Shown here in pieces: positions 49,960 through 61,463 of a DNA stretch of 64,000 nt. The DNA comes from Octopus bimaculoides. Taxonomy: Eukaryota. Each line of letters starts with the position of its first letter. Position 1 is the stretch's first letter. Below the pieces are notes generated by a model. The model ran no database searches and had not been told where the DNA came from. It saw only the letters and a program-made list of their open reading frames with translations. The stretch lies in contig NC_068984.1 in assembly GCF_001194135.2 (NCBI RefSeq), forward strand, positions 29,530,621-29,594,620. Reading direction: 5' to 3'. Made by a program: the position numbers and the translations under genes.

Positions 49960-50214
49960 ACATGACTTGGGTTTAACTCCATATGTGGAACCATGGGCAA
50001 ATGTTTTCTACTATATCATCGGATCGACCAAAGCTTTCTGAGTGGATTTGGTTGACTGAGAGAAACCCGTCGTATATATATATATATNNNNNNNNNNNNN
50101 NNNNNNNNNNNNNNNNNNNNNNNNNNNNNNNNNNNNNNNNNNNNNNNNNNNNNNNNNNNNNNNNNNNNNNNNNNNNNNNNNNNNNNNNNNNNNNNNNNNN
50201 NNNNNNNNNNNNNN

Positions 50215-50272
<58 letters not shown>

Positions 50273-50516
50273 CATGTATGTGTATATATGTGTGTGTATG
50301 TGTTTGTTTTGTCCCCCATCACGGCTTGACATGACAACCAGTATTGGTATGTTTATCTCTCCGTAAAACTTGCGGTTCGACAAAAGTGACCGATAATATT
50401 AATACCAGGCCGAAAACAAATGCACTGGGGCCGATTCGTTCGACTAAAATTCCTCAAGGTGGTACTCCAGTATGGTTGCCGTCTAACGAATGAAATAAGT
50501 AACGATAAAAGATAAA
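49960..50516 (+). mobile_element. SINE family A, diverged, spanning a gap
   Basis: CORE-like CCATGGGCAAATGTTTTCTACTAT..GACCAAAGC..GAGTGGATTTGG, internal microsatellite, tail GCGGTTCGACAAAAGTGACCGAT..CTGGGGCCGATTCGTTCGACTAAA..TGAAATAAGTAACGATAAAAG. Confidence 0.8.
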
Positions 50517-51705
50517 TACTGACAATATCTTCCTCGAAAACATGTCAAGAAGGAAAGCTAGATGATTCAACAGCTTAATAGAAATGATTTTAGTTTTACA
50601 TATACTCCGCTGGACCATTGTATAAATTTACAAGTAAATAGTAAATAATATTATTCCCATCATTGTACTAGCAACAACAGAAAATTAAATGTTGGTATTC
50701 TTAAATACTGCATGTACATACATGAATATATACATACACAAGTATAAATACTTGCACATACACATGTATACATTTTATGTATATTACACACTAAGAAATT
50801 TACATAAACAAAAATATAGCTGACAGGAAAGTAAAAATTCTCTTTGTTGATATAATACATGCACATCTGAATAGGTTCTCGTCTGAGTTAAACTATCTCA
50901 GTCAGTCTTTGGGCGATACAAGAACAACACCTTCTACGGAGTGAAATCTAGACGCCTGTAGAGTCATATTTATACAGAGCCTTAGATTTTTGCATATTTT
51001 ATTTCAAGTCTTGAAAAGTGCATAAAACATCTTATATCCTCCATGTTGAGATAGATTTTATAAGAAACAATTCCCTTTTCAGAACTTTCAGAAAGGAGAT
51101 GTGTTATTGTCTTCATATTGTCGTTGAATAGTGATAAAAGTGAGAATAACGAAGGATCCCTGGATTTGAATTATTTAAGTTGCATACGAATTTCATGTAA
51201 GTCCGAGCGAATTAGGGATGAGGTATGTTTGTGAAGTTTGTGAAAGGTGGGAAGAGTTAATGTTTGCGGGATAGTAGGAAAGTATTGTGTAGAATGTGAA
51301 AACTAAAAACACTAAAAAATAAAATAAAATTAGGTCGAAATTTATAAAGAGAGTGTAATGCTGTACCATAATAAAATGCTCAATGTTTTCCAGACCTCTA
51401 TACACTTGCATATTCCGATTTTAATATATTTTCTTCAACGTCCTTCCTTCGTGATTTGCAAACATCCAACTCACAACTGAAGGATGTTAAAAATTTCAGC
51501 CGCTTACAGCGGAACAAATCTGTTCGAATGCAGGTTCAATACCTTATATGTCTCCGACAATAGTATATGCATCTAGATTTCTTTTCGTGGAAGGTACTTG
51601 TCTTCTTGTAGGGCGTGAAAATTGTTTGGGTATTACTATTCCAAAATAGTAATACCCAAACAATTGATAGTAATAGTGTTAACCTATATATTATTTCAGT
51701 TTCAA

Positions 51706-51707
<2 letters not shown>

Positions 51708-51766
<59 letters not shown>

Positions 51767-51947
51767 GTCTGTCTGTATGTCTGTCTGCCTGCCTGTCTGT
51801 CTGCCTGCCTGCCTGTCTATCTACTCATCTACCCATCTGTCCATCTATTTGTCTATCTGTCTACCTGTCTGTCTGTCCGTCTGTCCGTCCGTCTGTTCTG
51901 TCTAATGTATGTATGTATGTATGTATGTATGTATATATGTATATATG

Positions 51948-51990
<43 letters not shown>
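51708..51990. repeat. Compound microsatellite (CTAT)/(CTGT)/(GTAT)/(CT)
   Basis: Read directly. Confidence 0.95.
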
Positions 51991-51994
<4 letters not shown>

Positions 51995-53438
51995 GTTTAT
52001 CTATTTATCAAAGCATATATATACGTGTGTGTATGTACGCATATACACATCTCTTTTAAGGTTGATTGCCTACCTTCGTCTATATATACTCGGCCATTTG
52101 TCATTTGCGGGTTCATTTTCACAAAAAATTTCGAAAACAATTGTTTCACAAATAAATGTTTTTCGATAACGATATTTGAAGTGTTGCTCTTGCTCAAGAT
52201 ACTTACTGCATCCGGTGGGGAGCGTCCAACTCAGGTTATGGGGGAGGGGGCAGTATAGAGGTAGTCTTGAACTAATACTACTCCCAGGATCGTTCTTGCT
52301 TGGAGTATGGATATTAGGGTCTCAGTTATGTGTCACTGCTAAGGCACACAGTTCACGGAAGATATCTGTCTCTTAGACATATGTCACACAGGCCCACCAG
52401 TATATGGTCACACTTCGTTTTATTCATTGTGTATCCATCACATGCATACTTTTAATCCTTCGCTCAATGTACACCAGCACTTGGTCCTTGTGTATGTAGA
52501 ACAGAGTAGGCTTTAAAACTAGGGATTGGTTTCATCGTACCTCACCAGTTTCTTTAGAACTGAAAAGTATGTTGGTTGATACTGTTTTTGTTTCTACGTC
52601 TAACTTATTAAAAGAGCTGCAAGCGATTTAACCGCCTCACCTCAAGTTGTTGAACAGATGTAATGTTACCAAGCAATAAAGTGTGTACAGATATAAATAC
52701 TTTCAAATATTTTTCGTATCTCCCTCTGCCATCTGAATTCAAATCCTACTGGTGCTGAGATTGTCTTTCTTTCCACTGGGTTTGATAAGAGAAGTCTCAA
52801 TTTTAAACAGGGTGCTATTGAATCAAACAAATACTCCATAGCAACCAATCGATTTCTGACACGGTATGAAATAAATATTTGCTGACATCGCAAAATAAAA
52901 TTCTGTACAGTTTCTTATTCTTAAGTAATATGGAAATCATGTTAGAAATATATACACAAAAAAACAAAAAAACAAAAAAAAAACACAGAATAGCAAAAGG
53001 AAACATCAAACGAAACGTCATATTAAATATTAGAATTTCGGAAAGCAGCTATCTATTTTTGTATCATTATTTTTAATACTAAAGCAATTTTAATCAGTGG
53101 ATAAAACTTAACATAACATATTAGAGAAATACGTTAAAAGTAATTCTAGTTTTAGTGCACTTCCTATGTTGTCGTCATTAAGCNNNNNNNNNNNNNNNNN
53201 NNNNNNNNNNNNNNNNNNNNNNNNNNNNNNNNNNNNNNNNNNNNNNNNNNNNNNNNNNNNNNNNNNNNNNNNNNNNNNNNNNNNNNNNNNNNNNNNNNNN
53301 NNNNNNNNNNNNNNNNNNNNNNNNNNNNNNNNNNNNNNNNNNNNNNNNNNNNNNNNNNNNNNNNNNNNNNNNNNNNNNNNNNNNNNNNNNNNNNNNNNNN
53401 NNNNNNNNNNNNNNNNNNNNNNNNNNNNNNNNNNNNNN

Positions 53439-53470
<32 letters not shown>

Positions 53471-53576
53471 GTTATCTTTAATCTTTTACTTTCAGTCGTT
53501 AAAGATCGGCTTTGCATTCATACATACACATACAAACACATGTATGTAGTTATGTATGTAGCTGGTTCACGATGAA

Positions 53577-54110
53577 GAGCTGATATACTGCTCCCGCTGC
53601 TAGAATGTGGTAGGGCTTCGGTCCCTGTTCGCAATTTATCGGATGCAGCTCTGCATCGTTAACCAGATAGAAGAAATGTCCTCTTGGGGTTAAAACAATT
53701 ACAGTAGAGTTCGTTCGAACGGACAGCCATGTTGATGTGGCTACGTATATTACTTGTCAGTACAGCCACTGCGTTGATCTCTTAGAGAGATTTTGGAATG
53801 AGCATATTTACTCGTTCCAAAATTAGCGACAGCCGTCTCTAGCAGACGAGGTGTCCAGTACTGAAGGGTTACAGAAGTAGCTCGAAACCAGGACTGTTCC
53901 ACTGGTACTGTCGCTAGGAGGTGGTAGGTGTTCGCTCCCCTGCTCGCAATTTATCGGATGCAGCTCTGCATCATTAACCAGCTAGAGTAGATGCCCTCTT
54001 GGGGTTAAAAAACTAACAGTAGAGTCTGTTCAAACGTTCAGCCATGTTTAAGTGGCTACGAATATCAATTGTCAGTACAACTACTGCGTTAATCATTTAG
54101 AGAGAATTTA
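53577..54110 (+). repeat. Diverged direct tandem repeat, period ~315 nt (about 1.7 units), containing a decayed hammerhead-like motif
   Basis: GCAATTTATCGGATGCAGCTCTGCATC at 53631 and 53946; CTCTTGGGGTTAAAA, CAGTAGAGT, CAGCCATGTT and GTCAGTACA recur with the same spacing. HHR-like motif at 53861-53894. Confidence 0.85.
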
Positions 54111-56357
54111 GAACTAGTTTTTTTACTTATATATATATGTACGTATGTGTGTGTGTGTGTCTGTGTGTGTGCGCGTATATGTATATATATATATGTATAT
54201 ACATTGTATNNNNNNNNNNNNNNNNNNNNNNNNNNNNNNNNNNNNNNNNNNNNNNNNNNNNNNNNNNNNNNNNNNNNNNNNNNNNNNNNNNNNNNNNNNN
54301 NNNNNNNNNNNNNNNNNNNNNNNNNNNNNNNNNNNNNNNNNNNNNNNNNNNNNNNNTATATATATATATATTTATATATATATTTATTTATATATGCGTG
54401 TGCATGTCTTTGAGAGAGTGAGAGATTTATAAGCTGACCCCTAAATATCATTTTCAAGAACATTAGTTTCCTAGTTGGCAGGCGGATTATTTTATTGTGA
54501 TCTTTATTACGGTGAAGTAGCTCTATAAAATCCAGTAATCTAAAGAAAAAGAATATTTTCCATTCACTAAGTTAAACCTAGAATCACCTAACGATTTCTT
54601 GACAGAAATACATTCTAGTTATAACATTTCTTCTTTCAGAATGCGCAATTTGTACAAAAGGAAGTGAAATAACTGCAACTGGTAAATATCACTATATGGC
54701 TTGCCTGGGACTTGCCACTACATTAACAGGGATATAATATGCTGGAAAGATTAGAGTTAGCATTTCTGCATGAAAACATAAATGAAAAGTTTTTTCTCTC
54801 GAATTCAAGACATCACCGCTTAGTATCAGCAGCTAGAGCTTTTCAATTACGTATAGATGATACTAAAGTGAAAGAGCTTTCTGTACCAATACTCTATTTT
54901 ATTGTAGAATTACATTCCCCATTGTCGTTTTCGAAAGTGAAGAATTACTGATTCTACTCTCTTAGATGAAAACAAATGTATGAGATATGTGTTCCAAAAA
55001 GTTTCCTCAATTTACCGACATATATAATCTTACTCATGATATCCTTTGTTACTACCTCTGTTTGGCATATTAATTCTTCAGACATATATTTTAAGACGAC
55101 AATTTGTCATATTTCCACAATTACATTCCTGTGCAGTGTTGTGTGAGTGTGTGATATAGATGAAATTTTTGCAGTTCAATATATATATTAGCATATATGG
55201 TTCATCAGTTAAAAAATTTTAACAAATTGTTATTCAAGATTTTTGTGATATATATTTGAAACGAAGAAACTCGCACTAATCAGGGTTAAGAAGATCTTTT
55301 CTATATTTGAGGTAACCTTTAATCCATAAGGAGGTTTATATCAAATTATCTCACTATTCCCTGTTTATTACTATTTGATATAACTTGTATTATGCATTTC
55401 CTGTCGTAAACATCATTTCTAGCTTGAGGAAGTTTAATCAATTTTTTCTATGTGATCAAGGTTGGATACACATCTACTAATATTGTACATACCATGTGTT
55501 ATAGCCGTGGTTACATTTTGTATAAGGTGTTTTATAACGGTTGGCTGGAATTCCTCTTTACACATAGGAATTCTTCGTATTTACACTGCGTTTACAAATA
55601 ATGTTGCAAGCAGAAAAAATTACTGTCTTCAGCTTTGTAGTTATTTTAACTTTCATCTTGCTTTCTTTACAATGCGAATTAGTGTATTACTCATTTCCTC
55701 ATTCATATATATCACACTTATTTATAATACGAAAAAAAGAGTTACCCGTCAAACAATGCGACCTCATTGTAATTTGGCCGAAACATAACTAAGTTATCCA
55801 TCACTTGATAAATCACATGCAAAAGAAGGATATCGGGTTCGCTCAGTTCACATTTTTGATTTAGATCAAGAACCAACTGCAATGTTTTGTTTCTTTCGAA
55901 TGATAAGAGAGTAAGCAGTGTTACAATAAAATGCAGTAAGTTTGAAAAGCAGCATCACACAATGATCACCGTATATACTCCCATTTCTACACCGTTGAGA
56001 AGTCCATGAACATTACACACACTGGTGATATCTGAAAATAAGAGTAGAAATATTTTTATTCCTGGTTCATGCAAATACAAACATCAATGGATGTAACTTT
56101 GGCTTCCGAATGTCAGACAGTTTAAATTACAAGATGACGCTGAAATAAAATATATCTCCTTTGATTACTATCATGAATATAAACTATTTCAGTCCACTTT
56201 TAATTGCAATCGAGGCTGCAAATTACCATCCATACAAAGCACAGACTCTTGCCGTGTGTGATGTGGTCTGGGTTATTCAATGAGACGATGTATATACACA
56301 ATCACACACACACAACGTATGACAACTACCGATTGTCCTATATTATATATATATATT

Positions 56358-56416
<59 letters not shown>

Positions 56417-56464
56417 GTGTGTATACGTATATATGTGTATATATATGTACATATATGTATATAA

Positions 56465-56790
56465 AGTAGTGCTTAGGTTCAGACTTGTGCGGGTAGAGAA
56501 GTAAATGTAAGGATAAGCAAGTTTGGCAGATCAATATACAAAGTATTTCAAAATCCATCCTTGATCTTCTTTCTGTCAACACTTCATATGTCAGATCTTT
56601 TCCCTGAAGACGGACGCTCGTCTCATCCGACGATGAAATCTGCTTACAAACATTATTTTGGACCACCGAGCCCCGAAAAACAGCTGTTGGATTTGTAGTG
56701 CTTTTCTTGAATCTCTTTAACTCTTGATATAATTTCTATTCTATTTAATCGGACCTTTGTAATCGGATCTACATGTATGTATGTATACAT
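56465..56790. repeat. Family F repeat, second copy with one part inverted
   Basis: 56465-56560 is the reverse complement of ~37620-37710. 56620-56790 is collinear with ~37435-37600, including ATCCGACGATG and AAAACAGCTGTTGGA. Confidence 0.7.
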
Positions 56791-58018
56791 ATATGTATTT
56801 ATGGATGTGCATAAAGGCGGTAGTGTGGGGCTTGATATCTTATATGTTTGTGTTAGATAATTAACATAAATAACAATAGAAAAAATGATTTTCCTATTCA
56901 CTGATCTACTCTTCACAATTTCAAAATTGCAGAAAGAAAACTCCTTAAATATGTCATTAATGAAGTTTACATGTATTCCCTGTTGATTCTTACTACAATT
57001 ATATTACAGATTCCATTAAATTTCTCAATATTCTTTTCCAGATTTCGTAACTTCTGCTTTACTTTTTTTCTTGTTTTTTTTTTGTTCCATCTCGTCTCAA
57101 TATACATCACATTCATTCACTATAATTAAATACATCAGCTTCATAGCTTATAATCAAGTAAATTTTAAATGGAAAATATACTATGTCACTGTTGCAATTA
57201 ATATTTTAATATTTCAACAATAGAAACCAAATTCTAATGATGGAAAGTCTAAGTAAAATCAGACAAAAATAGAATAAAAGAATATCGATTTATTACATAC
57301 GGACGAAAGTAAATTATATTTAAGCTCAAGACCAAATTCTATATCAGTATAGCAAGCTGAATTGAATTAAATGTATTATTGTCATTTTGAATTTTACGAA
57401 CCATCGAGGGTTGAAAAGCAAAGTAGACAGCATTGAAACTCGAAACCAGAAGGAAGAAAGACTAATTTAAATGCTATAATGTATTTCCTTCTAAAATGAA
57501 ATGTAATGAATTGTCATTACAAAAGTATTACAACGTGAATTTACAAATGTAATACACTGGTTAATCTAATGTTTAAATTTGAAATATATACTGCTGTCTG
57601 TCTATTTCTCTCTGTCATCTGTCTATCTGTCTATCTATCTATCTATTCATGTCTATATGTATGTATGGATATCTGTATGCATGTGCGTGTGAGTGTGTGT
57701 ACGTGTGTGTGCGTGTATGTATGTACTTTTGTTTCTCTTGGTGCTCATACGCATTTGACTGCGATTATACTGAAGATCAGTCTTTAAAGGTTTTAGTCAT
57801 GTACGCTGACTCAATATTTTGTGTGGTGCTTATCTCAACATACTCATAATCACGAAATACAGGATAATCACTGGTATAAAGGAAATTCATTCGACAAAAC
57901 ATGTTGCACGATATTTCTGTTGGAATACGCAGCGTCTTACGTGGGAAGACGCCACATACGCAAACACACATATACTCATATACTATAAATATCAATTGCC
58001 TAGTTTTCTGTGACTTAC

Positions 58019-58139
58019 GGCAACAAGTGTTATAGCTGATTCGATCAACGGAAGAGACGTCTGCTGAAATTAACGTGAAGTGGTTGAGCACTCTGCCGAC
58101 ACGCGCATCTTTAACATAGTTCTCGGAGAGATTCAGCAT
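58019..58139 (-). CDS. Candidate coding exon of an unidentified host gene
   Basis: GCC-ATG start, open frame MLNLSENYVKDARVGRVLNHFTLISADVSSVDRISYNTCC, then a consensus donor C|GTAAGT (GT at 58018-58017), phase 1. GC-elevated unique block; no family recognised. Confidence 0.3.
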
Positions 58140-58797
58140 GGCACAGAGTATGACAAATCTGGTCCTTTGAATTACATGTACAGCTTATTTTTGCAACCTG
58201 AGTGGACGGCAGTCAATTTCTTTGTCTATTTAGCTATATTACCACAAATTTCAGAGTATGTACCTAACGAAAATTGTGTATTTGTTTCCATATTTAATTT
58301 TTGTTTGAATTTACAAAAAAAAAAACAAAAAAAAAAAAAAAAAAANNNNNNNNNNNNNNNNNNNNNNNNNNNNNNNNNNNNNNNNNNNNNNNNNNNNNNN
58401 NNNNNNNNNNNNNNNNNNNNNNNNNNNNNNNNNNNNNCTGTTGTTATTTTTAATGAAGTAGTTTTAAAAAATAGTTACACATGCAATAGAGATACGAAAT
58501 AAAACGAGAATATTTTAAAAACAACTTCTTGTTGTTTAAGCCAAGTTCAGTCTCATTCAACAACTCGTTTTCATGGGTGTCACCTTGGAGCAGAATCCAG
58601 TGTGCTTTTCCATTTTGAAAGAGTATGATTTGAGGGATATGTGACTGCTAATTGTAGTTTGTCAAAGACCAAGTTAAGCGTCGTTGATTAATACGAATTC
58701 CAGATTGAATAGAGAAAGAGAGAGGGCGAAAGAGACAGACAGACAGAGACAGGTACATAGATAAACAGACTGATAGAAAGAGAGAGTGAGAGAGATA

Positions 58798-60128
58798 CAT
58801 TTCTTTTATTAGCCACACATGGCTCAACGAAGATGGGACAAATACAATGTAGAGCTTTTCTTTTGGGGAGGGGGAGGAAAAAAAAAGGGGGGGCGATCAA
58901 AAGGGATCNNNNNNNNNNNNNNNNNNNNNNNNNNNNNNNNNNNNNNNNNNNNNNNNNNNNNNNNNNNNNNNNNNNNNNNNNNNNNNNNNNNNNNNNNNNN
59001 NNNNNNNNNNNNNNNNNNNNNNNNNNNNNNNNNNNNNNNNNNNNNNNNNNNNNNNNNNNNNNNNNNNNNNNNNNNNNNNNNNNNNNNNNNNNNNNNNNNN
59101 NNNNNNNNNNNNNNNNNNNNNNNNNNNNNNNNNNNNNNNNNNNNNNNNNNNNNNNNNNNNNNNNNNNNNNNNNNNNNNNNNNNNTTTTAGTTCATAGGGT
59201 TATGCTCAAGATGGCTCCGTCGTTCACACGTGCCATCCTTGCTACATTCACCCATCTTTTTTTGAAGCATTCACTAGACAAGACTTCCCTTTCTACTCTC
59301 ACCTTCCTCTTTAGGTGATACTTGAAGAAGTTGATGACAGATTGCCCAGATAGGAAAGTCTTTGTCTCTAGACCTTTCAGTCGCGTCCACCATACACATT
59401 CTTTCGCCATAGCCACAAGTACGATGAAAATAGCTCTTCCTTCCCGTTTAAAGGAAGGAGGCGCGACAATATTCACGATAGACTCGGCTGATAGACCGAC
59501 TCGTCGCACACGCGATAGCAGTTGTTCGACGTAAGCCCACAGCTCGGAAATGGTGGGACACTGTACGAGTGCGTGCAGAACGGTTTCGTCGCTCTGCCGG
59601 CATCTCGGACAGGTCGGCCCCGTGTTTCTCGAGCCATGCCTGTAGAGCTTATCCCGAACGGGTNNNNNNNNNNNNNNNNNNNNNNNNNNNNNNNNNNNNN
59701 NNNNNNNNNNNNNNNNNNNNNNNNNNNNNNNNNNNNNNNNNNNNNNNNNNNNNNNNNNNNNNNNNNNNNNNNNNNNNNNNNNNNNNNNNNNNNNNNNNNN
59801 NNNNNNNNNNNNNGTGATGCAGTCGCTCAAGGTTGACCCGGGTTGTTGGATTTGCCGAAGAGCAGCGCGACACTCGCGGTGCCATTCGCCCTTCCTCGGC
59901 CTCTTCTTGATCCATGACTGCAGTTCGGTCATGGAGACGAGCTGCGGGAAAGCGCGCCGCACAAACGGCGCCCACACCTGTTCACCGTTGTCTACGTAGA
60001 GCCGGAGATGTCGCAGTCTCAGCGCGTGTCTGCGCATCATCAACCACGGCATGCGCAGTCCTCCTTTTAACGGGTGTTGGCAGCAAACGGATCGCCTAAC
60101 CATCGGAACGCTTCCTTTCCACAAGAAG
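58798..60128 (-). mobile_element. Tx1-clade LINE, 5'-truncated: ORF2 C-terminus (zf-RVT) plus 3' UTR, 10-bp TSD
   Basis: ORF 59192-60124 with CPRCRQSDETVLHALVQC (CCHC, zf-RVT) and upstream GGLRMP..(KGGL-like); AATAAA at 58810-58805; identical GAGAGAGATA at 58788-58797 and 60129-60138. Confidence 0.9.
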
Positions 60129-61159
60129 GAGAGAGATAATTCATAGAATCAGTGTAGGTTCAAATAAAACTATGCTAGGGGTCTTTGCTATATTGAATTT
60201 TTGAAACTTTATCTTGTGCCCAAGTACACTTTATTCTATGCATCTTTTAAAAATATTTCTCTTCTCTTCATTAAATGTTTCGATACCCTCATTGCTTCAT
60301 ATAGTGATTCGGTCTACACTACTCATCTTCTTAATCCGAAACCGTTTGCTCAGATTGTTTTATGTTAACTGCTACGATAATTATAACCATTTACTCACCC
60401 GCATCGATAAAAAAAACAATAATCAAGGATTTTCTGGCCGTAACCATCCAGTTGTTTCTACAAGCATTATTTATTAGTACTATATTATTAGATGATTCTT
60501 TTAAAAATGATAATAGGTTGTCATTTTAGGAAAATTTATTAATATTTCTTATAGATTCGAATGACTTTGAGAAATTACCTTGTTACTTAAATGTCTAAAA
60601 TGATGTCTAGTAAATTTGTGTTGAGTTGCAGTTTAAGTTTCACCTGGCTTCTTATCCAGCCAGTTTGGATTCAAAAGGCTGTCAGTGAAACTTAAAGCCC
60701 CATTCAATACAAATGTTACGATAAATTTGATTCTCAACATTGAGACACGACATCACTAAAAGCTCGATTCTTTTCCTTAAACCTGCTTTAAAATACGTTC
60801 TACATGGCTTAATGACTTGTTGTCCAATGCTCCTTGCTGTTCTCATCTGCAGCTCATAATCCTATCAAACGAAATACAAGGCGTTAAATGATCATACTAT
60901 GAAAAAATAATAGTTTTACGTTGTCTAGTATCAAAAATATATAAAGAATGTGAAGGAAACGATTACAAGTCAAAATATTTTCTTACGAATTTCTATTTAG
61001 GATATTCTCAATAGCTGCAATATATGTTGTATTTGCTTTTGGTTCTTCAATGAAAAGAAAAAGTAAATGAATGCAATATAACTAAGGAGAAGAAAATAAA
61101 CAGAGAGTTAATAAAGCTACATCCATATATATATATATATAATAATAATATTATTAGGG

Positions 61160-61463
61160 ACAAAATCCAAAATTACAGGTAAAAAACTCAATTAAAATCA
61201 ATTTATAAAAAATTAAATTGAGCCTTATAGATAAAGTATATATAAAATATATATAGTTTTAGGGAAAATAACCAATTTTCAAGAACTCATCGATGAAAAT
61301 CCACTATCACATATAGAAAAAATAATAATTAAAAGCACAATAAATGAGTATAATATAAAGTAAAGTAAATATCATAAGATAAATATAATAAAAAGATTAC
61401 ACGTGTTTCATAACCAATTTTCAAATAGAAAAGAAATTTAAATCGATTAAAATCAATTGAAAT
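61160..61463 (-). repeat. Family E repeat, second copy (possible PLE-derived pseudo-LTR)
   Basis: 61248-61356 is near-identical to 6098-6212. Minus strand 61409-61395 reads GAAA-CACGTG-TA-ATC, the 3' half of a minimal hammerhead. Confidence 0.7.

Noticed and set aside
52200-52560. GC-elevated block with minus-strand CTGGTGAG-GTACGAT-GAAA-CCAATC and an AATAAA (HHR relic or solo LTR?)
   Set aside because: Core mismatch, no convincing stem II or stem I, no second copy in the window and no clear TG..CA/TSD; too weak to call.
52666-52893. Minus-strand ORF containing ISAPVGFEF, resembling a CRIB motif
   Set aside because: It lacks the conserved histidines of CRIB, has only a moderate donor, and an ORF of this size is expected by chance.
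54600-55950. ORFs 54739-54951 and 55462-55792 with signal-peptide-like hydrophobic stretches
   Set aside because: No recognisable domain, weak splice context, and hydrophobicity is explained by T-richness.
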